A stretch of DNA of 63,917 nucleotides, counting the filler, from Pirum gemmata (taxonomy: Eukaryota): assembly GCA_002812295.1 (NCBI GenBank). It is 14 parts of 14 records of this genome, joined end to end, with 100 filler letters (N's around TTAATTAATTAA, not from the genome) between each part and the next. Parts side by side here need not be neighbours in the genome. Positions count along the whole stretch, not along the records: positions 9,125 to 13,558 come from PDIN01001168.1; positions 13,659 to 18,073 come from PDIN01001169.1; positions 18,174 to 22,603 come from PDIN01001170.1; positions 22,704 to 26,965 come from PDIN01001171.1; 10 more parts are not named here. One strand, written 5' to 3'. The notes beneath the pieces are model-generated. The model had not been told where the DNA came from and ran no database searches. It saw only the letters and a program-made list of their open reading frames with translations. Position numbers and translations under genes: made by a program. Each line of letters opens with the position of its first letter. Positions within the stretch are counted from its first letter, which is position 1. Below, one piece after another: positions 12,574-25,030 of the stretch.

Positions 12574-14149
12574 TCGAGAAAAAACTTCAAAAAAGTGCTC
12601 AAATTTAACCTAGAGAACTCCTAGAGCCAAAAACCGTCCAAAAACAGCAGCCAAAAACAGACTCTGGGCCTCTGGCTACCAAAGGATACCAAATTAGGAT
12701 ACAAAACCACAAAAAACAAACCATTTCTAACTCTATTTCGAAAATCTGAGGGTAGCTATTTTCACTCTATTTCCCCCCCTGATTGGATATTGGAATTTTT
12801 AAGAAAGATTTTTTTTTTATGAGCATGCAATTTGAGCAATTTGAGTCTGCAATTTGAGTGCAATTTGATACTAATTTGACTGTCTAGCCCAATAATCTCC
12901 TAACTAGCTAGCTAAGACTCTACTGGTAGATAGCTAAAAATAGAAGAGTCAATAAAATTGACAATATACAAAAATCATGATACCAAAAATTCTAAAAAGT
13001 CTCATTGCCTATGGGTACTATGGGTACCAAGTACTACCAACAAACCCAAAGAAAACCAACAAGACAGTAATAGCTGGAAATCCAACCTTTTCAATGTCAA
13101 ATTTGCCAATACTGTTCCACACTTCCACTGCACTGTTTCAAAGCATTTCAACCACAAATCAAACTTTTAAATAGACTGGCGATAAACTAACCTGTAAGAT
13201 ACTCTAGAGGTATCATAGTAGTGTCACAGTATCGATAGCAACTGTAGCTAGAATAGCTATGATAGTGGTAGACCAAAAAAAAAAAACTCGTCGTCTAGAA
13301 AGTGTAAAAAAAAGGTTTGAATTATGTATTTTTGTCGTCTTGTTTCATCTAGCTAGCTAGTGAAAACAAAGCCACTTATAAATATACCTAGACTTATATA
13401 CATTATTTCATTATTAATTAAATTAAGTAGTGCGTACTTATAAATTATAAATTTATATAATTACTCTACAAGTATTATATATAAGATAGTAAAATATTTA
13501 TATTTTAAAAAAAAAAAAATAAAAAAAAAATAAATAAATAAATAAAGTGCAACACAACNNNNNNNNNNNNNNNNNNNNNNNNNNNNNNNNNNNNNNNNNN
13601 NNTTAATTAATTAANNNNNNNNNNNNNNNNNNNNNNNNNNNNNNNNNNNNNNNNNNNNAAGTATCAATTTAAATATTATAAACTACCAAATAAATATTAT
13701 TCAGAGTGCCAAAATAAATGAAAAGCACTGTATTTTTTTTATTTATTTTTTTGAATGATAATAAAATTGCAACGAAATCCTCCAATTTCAATAATGAAAG
13801 TTCTATCAAAATTTCAGAAATCGTCAAACTCTATTTTAACCTATGACCAGTTTTTAATAATAATTTGACTAGTTAGGGTTAAAGTTCTTTAGAGAAGAAG
13901 TCTAATTTTTTCCGGCCTGGCTGTTTTAAAAAAGAAATTGTTATGCGTGGGTTTATGAAATGGGTTGTTATAAATTATTATTATTAATATTATTATATAT
14001 TATTTTAATATTATTTAAAATTATGTAGGATTTTTATTATTGTTGTTGTGGTTGCCGTTGATAATTCTGTTATTCGTATATATGTAATGTATATGATATA
14101 TGATATATTATATTATATTATATAAATATTTTATATTATATAGACACTT

Positions 14150-14205
14150 TATAGACGTTAATTGGATTATTTACCAGAATGTAAATAATCCAATTAACGT
14201 CTATA
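14150..14205. repeat. Perfect 25-bp inverted repeat with 6-nt loop
   Basis: TATAGACGTTAATTGGATTATTTAC-CAGAAT-GTAAATAATCCAATTAACGTCTATA. Confidence 0.95.
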
Positions 14206-14742
14206 TAATATTATATATTATTACATAAATTATGTTATTATATCGTTAACGTTGTTGCAATTAAGTTATTGCACTTTATTGCTGTAGTGGCGGAGTTTTA
14301 AAAATTAAAACACATGTGCAGTATTAATAGTAGTAGTTGTAACTAGTAAAAATAATAGATCTAGTAATTACAATTATAATTAACTATAACAGCTGGACGC
14401 CATAAAATATTTTTTTAAAATTTATTTTCATTTTTATTTTTATTTTTTTTACTAATTACAGTAAATTAATAATATCTATGTTCATTTTGTATAAATACAA
14501 TAGTCTGTCGATTAAAAAAAAATTAAAAAAAAAATTAAAAAACAAAAAAAACCCAAAAACCAAGATATAACGTAACTAATAGCATTGTATGCTCTAAAAA
14601 CAATAGTTAAAATAATAATAATAACATAATAACATTGTATGTTATTTGTTTTATAACAATAAATAATAAATAAAAGATTAATAATATTTTTTAACAAAAA
14701 AAAAAATAAAAAAAAACAACATTAAAATAATTAAAACTAAAC

Positions 14743-16918
14743 ATGAATTTTTTGATAATATTTTCATTCTTAATACTAACGGTAGTTGTTGAAAACGTCA
14801 GAGCAGCATGTCATGAAAATAAGGATAGTAATAAACTTCAGGTTGGGGTACACAATTTATTTTGGTGGAGACTTTTTGGACAACTAGGGGGGGGGGATTT
14901 TTGTAATCGATGGAATAAATATGCTAGTTTTGATGTCATGATGTTTCAAGAAATTGATGATGTGGGCAGAATTCTAAGAGATTGTGGATATTGTGGATGG
15001 AAAGGTAAATTTAAAATTTTATATTTTAACATTATAATTATATTAATATTAATATGTATATAATTAATACTCGAGCTCATTTTATTTAATAACTAACACT
15101 GGTATAATATAGCATTTAAATTATTGAAATTGTTATTATTATTAAAACTTTATTGTTAATTAAAAGATGTTATTATTGTTATTATTGTTATTGGAAGTTG
15201 TTGTATTATAGTATATAATATATATAATATTATTATTAATACTTTATTGTTAATTAATGTTATTGATTGTTATTGATTGTTATTGATTGATTGATTGTTG
15301 TAATTTTTAGGAGAGGATAATTGGAATTCTATTGCTTATAATGCTGAAAAATTTGATCGCCTAGACGGTGGTGTAAGAGAAGTTTCAGAAGATAGACAAG
15401 ACCAATACTATGGAATGAGAGCCGCTAGATACTTAAGATTACAGGATAAAAACTCTAAACAAATATTTTTCTTCGTTAATTATCACGGAGCTTTACCTGT
15501 AAACAGTGGTGGAAAAACAGGGGGTAAAAAAATTGGAGAAAATTTCGACGCTTTAATTAAGGATAAAAGTGAAAAAAGCGATACTGTTGTTTTAGGTGGG
15601 GATTTCAACACTGAAGTTGGACGGCCTTTAATAAAACATTTAGAACAGTCCTACGTTCGAGTGAAAAGTGATTGGGTTGATCATGTTTTAACTAATGGAA
15701 AAAATATGGAAATGAATGATATTGCAATAGAAACCATTCGCGATACGGGTTCAGATCATAGAGGGATTAAGGTTACTTTTAACCTCGAAACTGAAGAACA
15801 AAGAAAAGCGCGAGAAGAAAAACAAAAACAAATCAAAGCTTTTACAGAAATCCAAAGCGATTGTACTGGCCAACACACTGCACAATTTTCCATGGACGAA
15901 GACGGGTGTCGTGATATGTGTTACACTTTACCAAGTTGTTTTGGGTTTGAAATGTTGAATAAAAAATGTCGAATTTATAACGAAATTCCTTCCGAACTAA
16001 CTATTACAACAAGTGACAGTAAATGCACAATAAAGAAAGCAGAGGCGGCTGAAATACAAAGTAAAGCATTTTTGAACAATAAAGGTGTTTGTGTAACTGA
16101 TCAAAACCAAAACAATAATAACGAAAAAACTGTTGTTAAAAGTAATCTCGATCGATGTGGTTGTGAAATTGGTAAAACTGGATGGTCTAGAACTAGAGGG
16201 TATTGTCACGCCAATTCTAAAACTGAACCGGAAGAAAATTGTCGTAATAACAACCCTAACGCTGGGAAAAGGGACAGGTGTGGTTGTATTATTGCCACAA
16301 ATGGTTGGTCCAGTAAAACCAACCAATGCGAAACCAACGACGAGACAGAGCCTGGAGAAACTTGTGCCACTTTACAAGATGAACAAAATGTATTAAATTA
16401 TAAAGATTGTCAAATGAGTTGTTATTATAAACAAGACTGTGTTGGTTTTCAATCCACTACTGATAAGCGTACTAATACTACTTCCTGTGAACATTTTAAT
16501 CAAGTTGTAAAAACATTTGACGACTCTGTTACTGATTCCTTTTGTCAAATGAAAAAAATATTTGCCGAACCTGTTGATTGCCAAGTCTCCACATGGAGTG
16601 TTTGGTCTACCTGCACTCCTAATAACAATGATAAATGTAAAGCTTCACAAAGCAAAACAAGAACCATCACTGTTGCAACAAAAAATGATGGTAAAGTTTG
16701 CCCTGAATTATTTGAAGAGCAAGAATGTGAAAATCCCTTAAACGTATGGACTGCTTGGACTGATTGTGTTAGTGTTACTAGTGATGAATGCGGGTTAAAT
16801 GCTGGTAAACGAAAGCGCAATACTTTTAATATGGAAAACGCTGATTGTGTCGATAAGCAGTTGTTCGAAACACAAAAGTGTGATATTGAATGCCCAGTTG
16901 TAGGAGAAACGGGCAACC

Positions 16919-16966
<48 letters not shown>

Positions 16967-17082
16967 TTATTAATTCTATTAATCGTGTAGATAGCCCTCC
17001 TGCACAACAGATTATTTCTTCTGGTAGCGTAGCGTTACCGAGTTTAGTTTTAATTATATCAACTATAATGTTGAGTCTGTAA
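14743..17082 (+). CDS. Secreted, probably GPI-anchored endonuclease/exonuclease/phosphatase (EEP, DNase I-like) protein with PAN/apple-like, Cys-repeat and two TSP1 domains; exons 14743-15004 and 15311-17082 (677 aa)
   Basis: Signal peptide; EEP motifs GVHNL, DVMMFQEI, FVNYHG, VLGGDFN, VDHVL, GSDHRGI. A phase-1 intron (AAAG|gtaaat...tttag|GA) joins the two ORFs in frame. C-x3-C-x5-C.GF PAN-like units; PVDCQVSTWSVWSTC...RTITV...GKVCP (TSP1); hydrophobic C-terminus after SSG. Confidence 0.88.
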
Positions 17083-17657
17083 CTAATTAATAACAATATA
17101 TAAAATAATATTAATAATAATCTGTTTAAAAATTACTTTATTTGAATAATTAGTTTCTTGGAATATTAATACAATAATATAAAAAAATATTAAATGAATA
17201 GTTAGTTCCTTATAAAAATATTTAAAATACAACCGAGTTTAGTTTTAATTATATCAACTATAATGTTAAGTATGTGATTAATTAATAACAATATAAAATA
17301 ATATTAATAATATTTTAATAACCTGTTTAAAAATTACTTTATTTGAATGATTAGTTTCTTGGAAAAATATTAATACAACAATATTAATACAATAATATAT
17401 AAAAATATTAAATGAATAATTAGTTCCTTATAAAAATATTTAAAATGCAACCGAGTTTAGTTTTAATTATATCAACTATAATGTTAAGTATGTGATTAAT
17501 TGATAACAATAATAAAATAATATTAATAATATTAATAACCTGTTTAAAAATTACTTTATTTGAATAATTAGTTTCTTGGAAAAATATTAATAAAACAATA
17601 TATAAAAATATTAAATGAATAATAATTATTTCGTTATAAAAATATTTAGAATACAAC
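17038..17657 (+). repeat. Tandem triplication (about 195-218 bp) of the last codons, stop region and 3' flank of the EEP gene
   Basis: ccgagtttagttttaattatatcaactataatgtt starts at 17038, 17233 and 17451. Confidence 0.9.
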
Positions 17658-18173
17658 AAAATTCAAATAAAGTAAACAGATTATATAATATTAATAATTT
17701 TTATTATTTTATTTATACTTAGTATTAATAATATTAATTATAGTAGTGGGGAATCACGATATTTTTAAGTATTTTGTTGTTAATTTTAATTGTTGGTTAT
17801 TGGTTATTGGTTATTGGTTGCTGTTTTCTTTTTTTCTGTTGTTTGTTGCTACTATTATTTTTAAACCCAATAATTAAAAATACTTGTAATCTTTAAAATT
17901 TTATTTTATTATCATTATATTATATTATATCAAACGCATTAATATCTAATTAACAATTCATTTTTTCTTCCATTTAATTATAAAATGGTCTGTAATATTT
18001 AATTAAAATCGTTAATGCTACGGCATCGAGTCAACGTAGATCGCCGTCCTTCGAAGCCAATGCCATTGAGGATNNNNNNNNNNNNNNNNNNNNNNNNNNN
18101 NNNNNNNNNNNNNNNNNTTAATTAATTAANNNNNNNNNNNNNNNNNNNNNNNNNNNNNNNNNNNNNNNNNNNN

Positions 18174-18660
<487 letters not shown>

Positions 18661-18796
18661 AGACTATGATAATATGATATTATATATAGAGGTCTATCCT
18701 GGTAGTCTGAGTTCTAAAGACGAAAGGTGTCTTTAGAATTTGTACCGGTAACTGTTTTTCCTCTGCACCTTATTTTAAATTTTTTTTTTTTAAACT

Positions 18797-19050
18797 GCCA
18801 AGCCGGATAAAAATGGCGACCTCCGCCATATGAGCTCAAAAATGCAAAAAATAACAAAATGATCCAATTTTTACGAAAGTACTACCAAAATTTGAGAATT
18901 TTTCTAACTAAAAGTCTATTATGAACTAATGACCAGAACTTGACCAGCTTTTACTGGCCAGTTTTTAATAATAATTTGGCTAGTTATAATTAAAGATTTT
19001 AGAAAAGAAGTCTAAAGAAAAATAATTTCTTCAGTTTTATCCGGCTTGGC
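18797..19050 (+). mobile_element. MITE family A (about 250 bp); other copies about 13780-13925, 20470-20620(-), 22533-22603, 38006-38224, 38385-38762(-, interrupted), 48743-48970, 52795-53039, 55382-55621(-), 55761-55993, 60485-60623(-)
   Basis: TIRs GCCAAGCCGGATAAAA / TTTTATCCGGCTTGGC; conserved interior atggcgacatccgccatatgagctcaaaaa...gtactaccaaa...aactctattatgaac...aataatttggctagtt...gaaaagaagtcta in 7 contigs. Confidence 0.92.
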
Positions 19051-20764
19051 TGAAAAAAAAAAAAAAAAATTCATTAAAATTTAAAAAACATGACACTATA
19101 TGTAAGTATTATCAAGGACTTTTTTTGAAGTCCTTGGTATTATCATGATATTATGTAATTTTTTTTTTATTATTTTTTGTATTTATTAATTATCGATATC
19201 ATAATAATATGATATTATGATATAGTTATGATAGCTGTTATGATATGCATATAAAAACAAATGGTATGTGAAGTTGTGAACTCTAAAAATGCCCTTTGCC
19301 AAAATTTACTCAAATTTTGCCCTGTATCAATGGTAATTGCGAAGGGTATCATCGTATGGCGTGCCGCTAAACTGCCGCTAATAATATTTATTAGTTTTTT
19401 TTTTTTTTTCAAGAATTTTATTATTAGACCAACTTGATTAGACTTTTATTTTAGTATTATTATTATGTCATATTTTATTAATAAATTTTTTGGTTACCTC
19501 AGCTTGAAATCATTTTTAATTCGAGCCTATGTAAACTACTATATAATGATAGTTATTATGATATTGTTATGATACCGGTATCAGATACCAGTATCATACA
19601 GTCCTAATAGTGTCCTAATACCCTTTTCGGCAGCTTTGAGTTTGAGACTTTGAGTCACACGCATACAGCTATGCATACTAGAGCAGCCTGGCTAGCTAGC
19701 TAGACTAGCTAGTACCTAGCTCTAGCTAGTAGCTATCATAGCTAGCTAGCTAGCTAGGAGTCACATCACATATCTACCTCGTACATGTCTATGATAGCTA
19801 GCTACTAGCTAGCTAGCCAGGATAAGCAGGTAGTCTAATTTGTCTTTTGTCTACCCAGCTAGCTAGTAGTGCAATTTGTGCCGTGAGTAAGAGAAAACTA
19901 TCTATGCATTATTATCATATCGAAAACTATCTATCATATCGTCAATACTCTATCAATACTAGCTAGCTAGCTAGCAGTATCATATAGTAGAACTGGGTAG
20001 TAGACTGTATGATAGTAGTAGTCTCTCTAGCTTATTATTATGAGAATCTATGAGAATAGTATGAGTCCATTTTTCTGACCGATAGAGACTAGTCTAGCTA
20101 CTAGTCTACTAGCTAGTCTTCTCTAGCTAGCTAGTGAAACGTCTATAGCGATGCTGCTTTTTGATTCGATAATGGAAATTTAGAAATGGTCTCAAGACTC
20201 TCAACTTGCAAGCCCGCACAAGCCCGCAGAAGGCTTCCCAAAGAGCCTCCTACTTCTACTAGGCTCCTAGCTATCTAGCTAGTCCCTATCATAGCTAGTA
20301 TCATAGTAGCTACCCCCCTACTAGCTATGATATGTAGCTAGTCTAGTTACTCTAGTTATCGTATCATAGCTATGATAGTAGCTAGCTACTAGTAGCTACT
20401 AGCTAGTAGCAGTGTAGGAGAGGCCCCTTACAAGCTAGCTAGTAATGCTCTAGCTAGTGAGCTGCTGTTGACTAGCCAAATTATTTTTAAAAACTAGCTA
20501 TTGGCAGTTCTATTAGCTCATAATAGAGTTTTTTACTTAGACGATTTTTCAAAATTTGGTAGTACTTTTATTAAAATTGGATTATTTTGAGATTTTTGGG
20601 GTTTTGGGCTCATATGGCGGTCCAATGTTCCGAACTGTGTTCGAAACAAGCTTTTCTCTTATTCTATATTTTCACACTACTAGCCAATGGCCATCTAGCT
20701 TGAAGTAGTTTGAAAAAAAAAAAAAAAAAAAAAAAAGATTGTTGGGTGTGAGTGGTAGGTAGCT

Positions 20765-21940
20765 AGACGGGTGCTTTTTTCTTTATGATGACGTACAATT
20801 TATGTTGATTTGTGTTCGAAAATAAAAAAAAATTGCATCAAGCTAAAAAAACAAATCCTAAATTGAAAAAAAAAGCTATTTTTGGCAATTTTTTTCAGGG
20901 GAAAGTTAGTAAAAAAATCTAGATAGTCTAGATCTAGATAGTCTAGATTTACTTTTTTTCGCTTTAGTTTGGCTTTTGTGAGTGACATCCTGGCAACAAA
21001 ATATAAATGTTGATAGAATGGGCAATAATAGTGTAATAATGATGTTATGAAAAAAATTCAATAATAGCAAAGTTTGCTTATTTTTTTTAATTAAAAACTC
21101 TAGATTAGCTTTTTAATTTTTAATTGATTTTAATCTAGCTAGTTACTATGACTAGACTATTACAAAAAAAACAAATATCAAGAAAATGCTTCTAAGATAA
21201 TGAAGGCAGGCTAATCGGGAGGAAAGAAGTTTTTTTTTTTTTTTTTTTTTTTTTCTTAGAAAGGTCCTGGTAGAAAGGTCAGGTAGAAAGGTCTTGCTTG
21301 ACACGTCTTGTTGAGCTAATTAAATATATCCAATAAAATTTACTACATAAAATTTAAATATTTAATAATGACTTTTAATTGAATGAAACATGACAAAATT
21401 TGAAAATTTCGAATTCTGGATGAAATTAAAACTGATGTCTAAATTGTTAATTTTCATTGGTCAGATCCCAATTTTTTTTTGTAGACTATGAAAGACAACT
21501 GAAAGACGGGTGTTTTTTTTTTATGATCACGTACAATTTATGTTGATTTGTGTTCGAAAATGAAAATAACTACATCGAGCTAAAAAAACAAATCCTAATT
21601 TGGAATAAAAAAATTGCCTTTTTTGGCAATTTTTTCATGGGAAATATCTAGATACTTTTTAAAGTCTTTTTTTTGCTTTAGTTTGGCTTTTGTGAGCTTA
21701 AAGTGGCGGTCTGGCAACAAAATATAATAAGTGTTTATAGAATGGGTAATAATGACGCTATGAAGAAAGTCTTTTTTTTGCTTTAGTTTGGCTTTTGTNT
21801 GGCGGTCTGGCAACAAAATATAATAAGTGTTTATAGAATGGGTAATAATGACGCTATGAAGAAAATCCAATAACAAAGGTTTGCTTGTTTTTTTTTTTTA
21901 AAAGCTCTAGATTAGCTTTTTAATTTAATTGGTTTAATTT
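20765..21940 (+). repeat. Two diverged direct copies (about 20765-21135 and 21504-21940) of a roughly 370-bp repeat (family F)
   Basis: gacgggtg...cgtacaatttatgttgatttgtgttcgaaaat...ttttggcaatttttt...ctttagtttggcttttgtgag...ctctagattagcttttt is present twice. Confidence 0.8.
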
Positions 21941-22224
21941 TTTTTGGATCAGAAAAGTCACATGATTGATGCATAAACATCGAGTTACTAGTAGTTAATT
22001 AGCTGTAGCAGTTCTTTGCTTGTAAATAATAATATTAATAATAATAATAATAATAGTTATAATAATAATCTTTAGAATTAATTACGTTAGAATAAGGAGC
22101 GTTTTCCTTTTTTCCAGAGAGAAAAAGGAGGAGCAGTAGGTTACAGTTATATAGTTAATTATAGCATGAGAACTAGTTCTCATGATTATAGTTGTAGTTT
22201 GTTGACTTGTCTCATAGTACTTTT

Positions 22225-22290
22225 GTACAAGTTAATGATTTGATTGCCGTTCTGTTTTTTAACTTGTTGTACTGCTCATAATAATGCCAT
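22225..22290 (+). repeat. Dispersed repeat fragment shared, inverted, with 56762-56826
   Basis: GTACAAGTTAATGATTTGATTGCCGTTCTGTTTTTTAACTTGTTGTACT compared with the reverse complement GTATAAGTTAATGATTCGATTGACGTTCGGTTTTAACTTGTTGTACT. Confidence 0.7.
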
Positions 22291-22487
22291 GTCATATGAT
22301 ATCAGATATCAATATCATATATAGTTGTCAACGGGGCCTCATAGGGCTAATAGCTGGCTAGCTAGCTACTGTAGCTAGCTAGCTAGTAGAACAAAGGGGC
22401 CTACTACTAGTAGCTAGTACAGACTACTAGCTAGTACTAGCTAGCTAGCTATCATAGCTAGAGAGTCACAAGGGGGCCTTCCCCGAC

Positions 22488-22518
<31 letters not shown>

Positions 22519-25030
22519 CCCCTAAGGCGTCTACCGGATAAAATTGCAAAATCCGCCAAAAGAGCTCAAAGTCTGGAAATATTAAAATTCTCCAATTTTA
22601 TTANNNNNNNNNNNNNNNNNNNNNNNNNNNNNNNNNNNNNNNNNNNNTTAATTAATTAANNNNNNNNNNNNNNNNNNNNNNNNNNNNNNNNNNNNNNNNN
22701 NNNTATTATTATTATTATTATTATTCATTTATAATGTTATGGTTTTTTGTAAAAACATATAAAAGAACCATGTGTAAACGATAAAAACACGAAAACTTAC
22801 CCTTGGTAAAAGGAAATATCGACACTTTTACCCTTCAATTCATTCCACAAAAACAAAGAGCGCTCACGTAATTCACTCAATTTTTGTTGCTCATCATCAT
22901 TCATAATTTAAACTGTATTACTGTATTTGGGTAAGCTATTTATTACACACAATAATGAGACACTGGAATATTTTAATTGATCACCTTATTCTTAACTACA
23001 TCACTAAGTCTTTATGTATCTGATAGTTTTAGTTTTCACACACCATTCTCACTTTTTTTTTTTTTTTTTTTTTTTGGGAGTTTTGGCTGGCTCAGGTTTT
23101 GGGGCCTGGTCAGCGACAGGGTGTCCCCCGTTCAGTTTGTTTGTCATGTCTACAGTTTTTAGTCTACAGTTTTTTGATCGTTAATTGTTCTATTTGGGCT
23201 AACTTTTGATCAGTATTCTAACTAAAGCATTTTCCTTGTGTTTGGTTGAAGGCTATGTGTGGCCCTGCTGTTTCCTTTCTAGTCGCTTTCTGAGTTATTT
23301 TTTCGTTGTTTTGAAGTACAGCTGTTGCCATTTGGTTTTTTGGTAGTTTTTCTGTTTGGTTGTCTTGAGGTGTTACTGTTTCCATTTTGTTTTTACAGTT
23401 TAATGTTTAAAAGCACGTTTATATTTATATAATAGTCGTTTCAATATTAATACATTTATATAAAAAATGGCGAGATTGATCTCCGAGATGGGGAGATTGT
23501 AAAAGCCATTGTAAAGGTAGGTAGGTCCTCTCTAGATCTATTTATAACTAACATCGATAAAAATCTGAATAAAAAATGACGTACAGTAATTTTGAGTGCT
23601 CATGTTTATTGGGAACTCGGTTCAACATTGGTTCAACAGTGGTTCAACTGGTTCAACTCACCTATGTTTTTGTACTCAAATTCCATTGAATACATAATTA
23701 TATATACATAAGTTATACATACCAGACAGTATCAAATGATATTATCAAATATGAATTTATGATATTATGAGGGTAGATATAATCTACGATACGTCAAACC
23801 AAGAGGTGTACAATGCTGTACATACGTTTTTGCACATCTGCAAGACGTACTACTCCGCGCAAGACGACTGACTATGATATCATAAGTTTTCTCTATCATA
23901 ATAATATTATGATATACCTCAAGAAGTTCAAAAAAAAATTTTTTTCTTGAGCTCCTTTGTACTCTTTCAACACTTTAAAATTGCGTCATTCTCAGTATGG
24001 TGATGACGTCAAATGCGATTTATAGATCCAGGTCCACAGGAAAAGGGTAAAATCCTAGTATCCCAAGCTTTGCAAGCAAAATAACGAATTAAATAATTTT
24101 ACTAAGTTTGTAAACTATCAATATTACATCATTTTTTTGTACCTTTTTATTTGAAGTAAGTGAGGTTGAGTCGGTGACATTATGGGGCGTTTTTTCCTAA
24201 CTTTAATAAAAGAAACAATAACAAATAAATGACAAATATATTGAAATTGGTATTTTATTCTATTTTACATTTTACAAACCAATATTAGAAGCCAGTGTAA
24301 ACCAAGAGATAAACGAGTCTTTGATATATTCTTAACCATTACCATATTCATTCATAATCATAATACTAATAATAATAATAATAATCATAATCATAATAAT
24401 AATAATAATAATAATACCAATACTAATCATAACAATAATCATAACACTAATCATAATACTAATTATAATAATCATAATACTAATCTTGATACTAATAATA
24501 ATACTAACCATTAATGCTAATCATAGTACTAATCATAATACTAATCAGAATACTAATAATACTAATAATACTAATCATAATCATAGTCATAACCATAACC
24601 ATAATCTAATCATAACCATAACCATAACCATAACCATAATCATTCATAATCATAATACTATACTAATAATAATAATAATCATAATAATCATAATAATAAT
24701 AATAATATCAATACTAATCGTAACGTGTCATAACACTAATCACAATAACTGATCATAATATTCATAATACTAATCATAATACTAATCATAATACTAATCA
24801 TAATACTAATCATAATACTAATCATACTATTAATACTACTAATATTAATAATAATACCAATAATACCAATAATACTAATGATACTAATAATGTTAATATA
24901 TAATAATACTAATAATACTAAATATTAATAATACTCATAATAATAGTAATAATAGTTTTACAATTATAATTATAAATATTCTTTATCAAGATAAATATAT
25001 TTTGATTTAAGATATTATCGATTATTATAG

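Noticed and set aside
15997..17096. Antisense and alternate-frame ORFs overlapping real genes (also 7788-8465, 42485-43450, 50305-50649, 54340-54705)
   Set aside because: They are shadow ORFs of the supported coding frames.
18005..18073. GC-richer stretch at the contig end that could be a coding fragment
   Set aside because: Too short, open in several frames, and without a recognisable motif.
21667..21862. Exact duplication of about 100 bp inside the second family F copy
   Set aside because: The copies are identical and straddle a single n, typical of a scaffolding overlap artefact.
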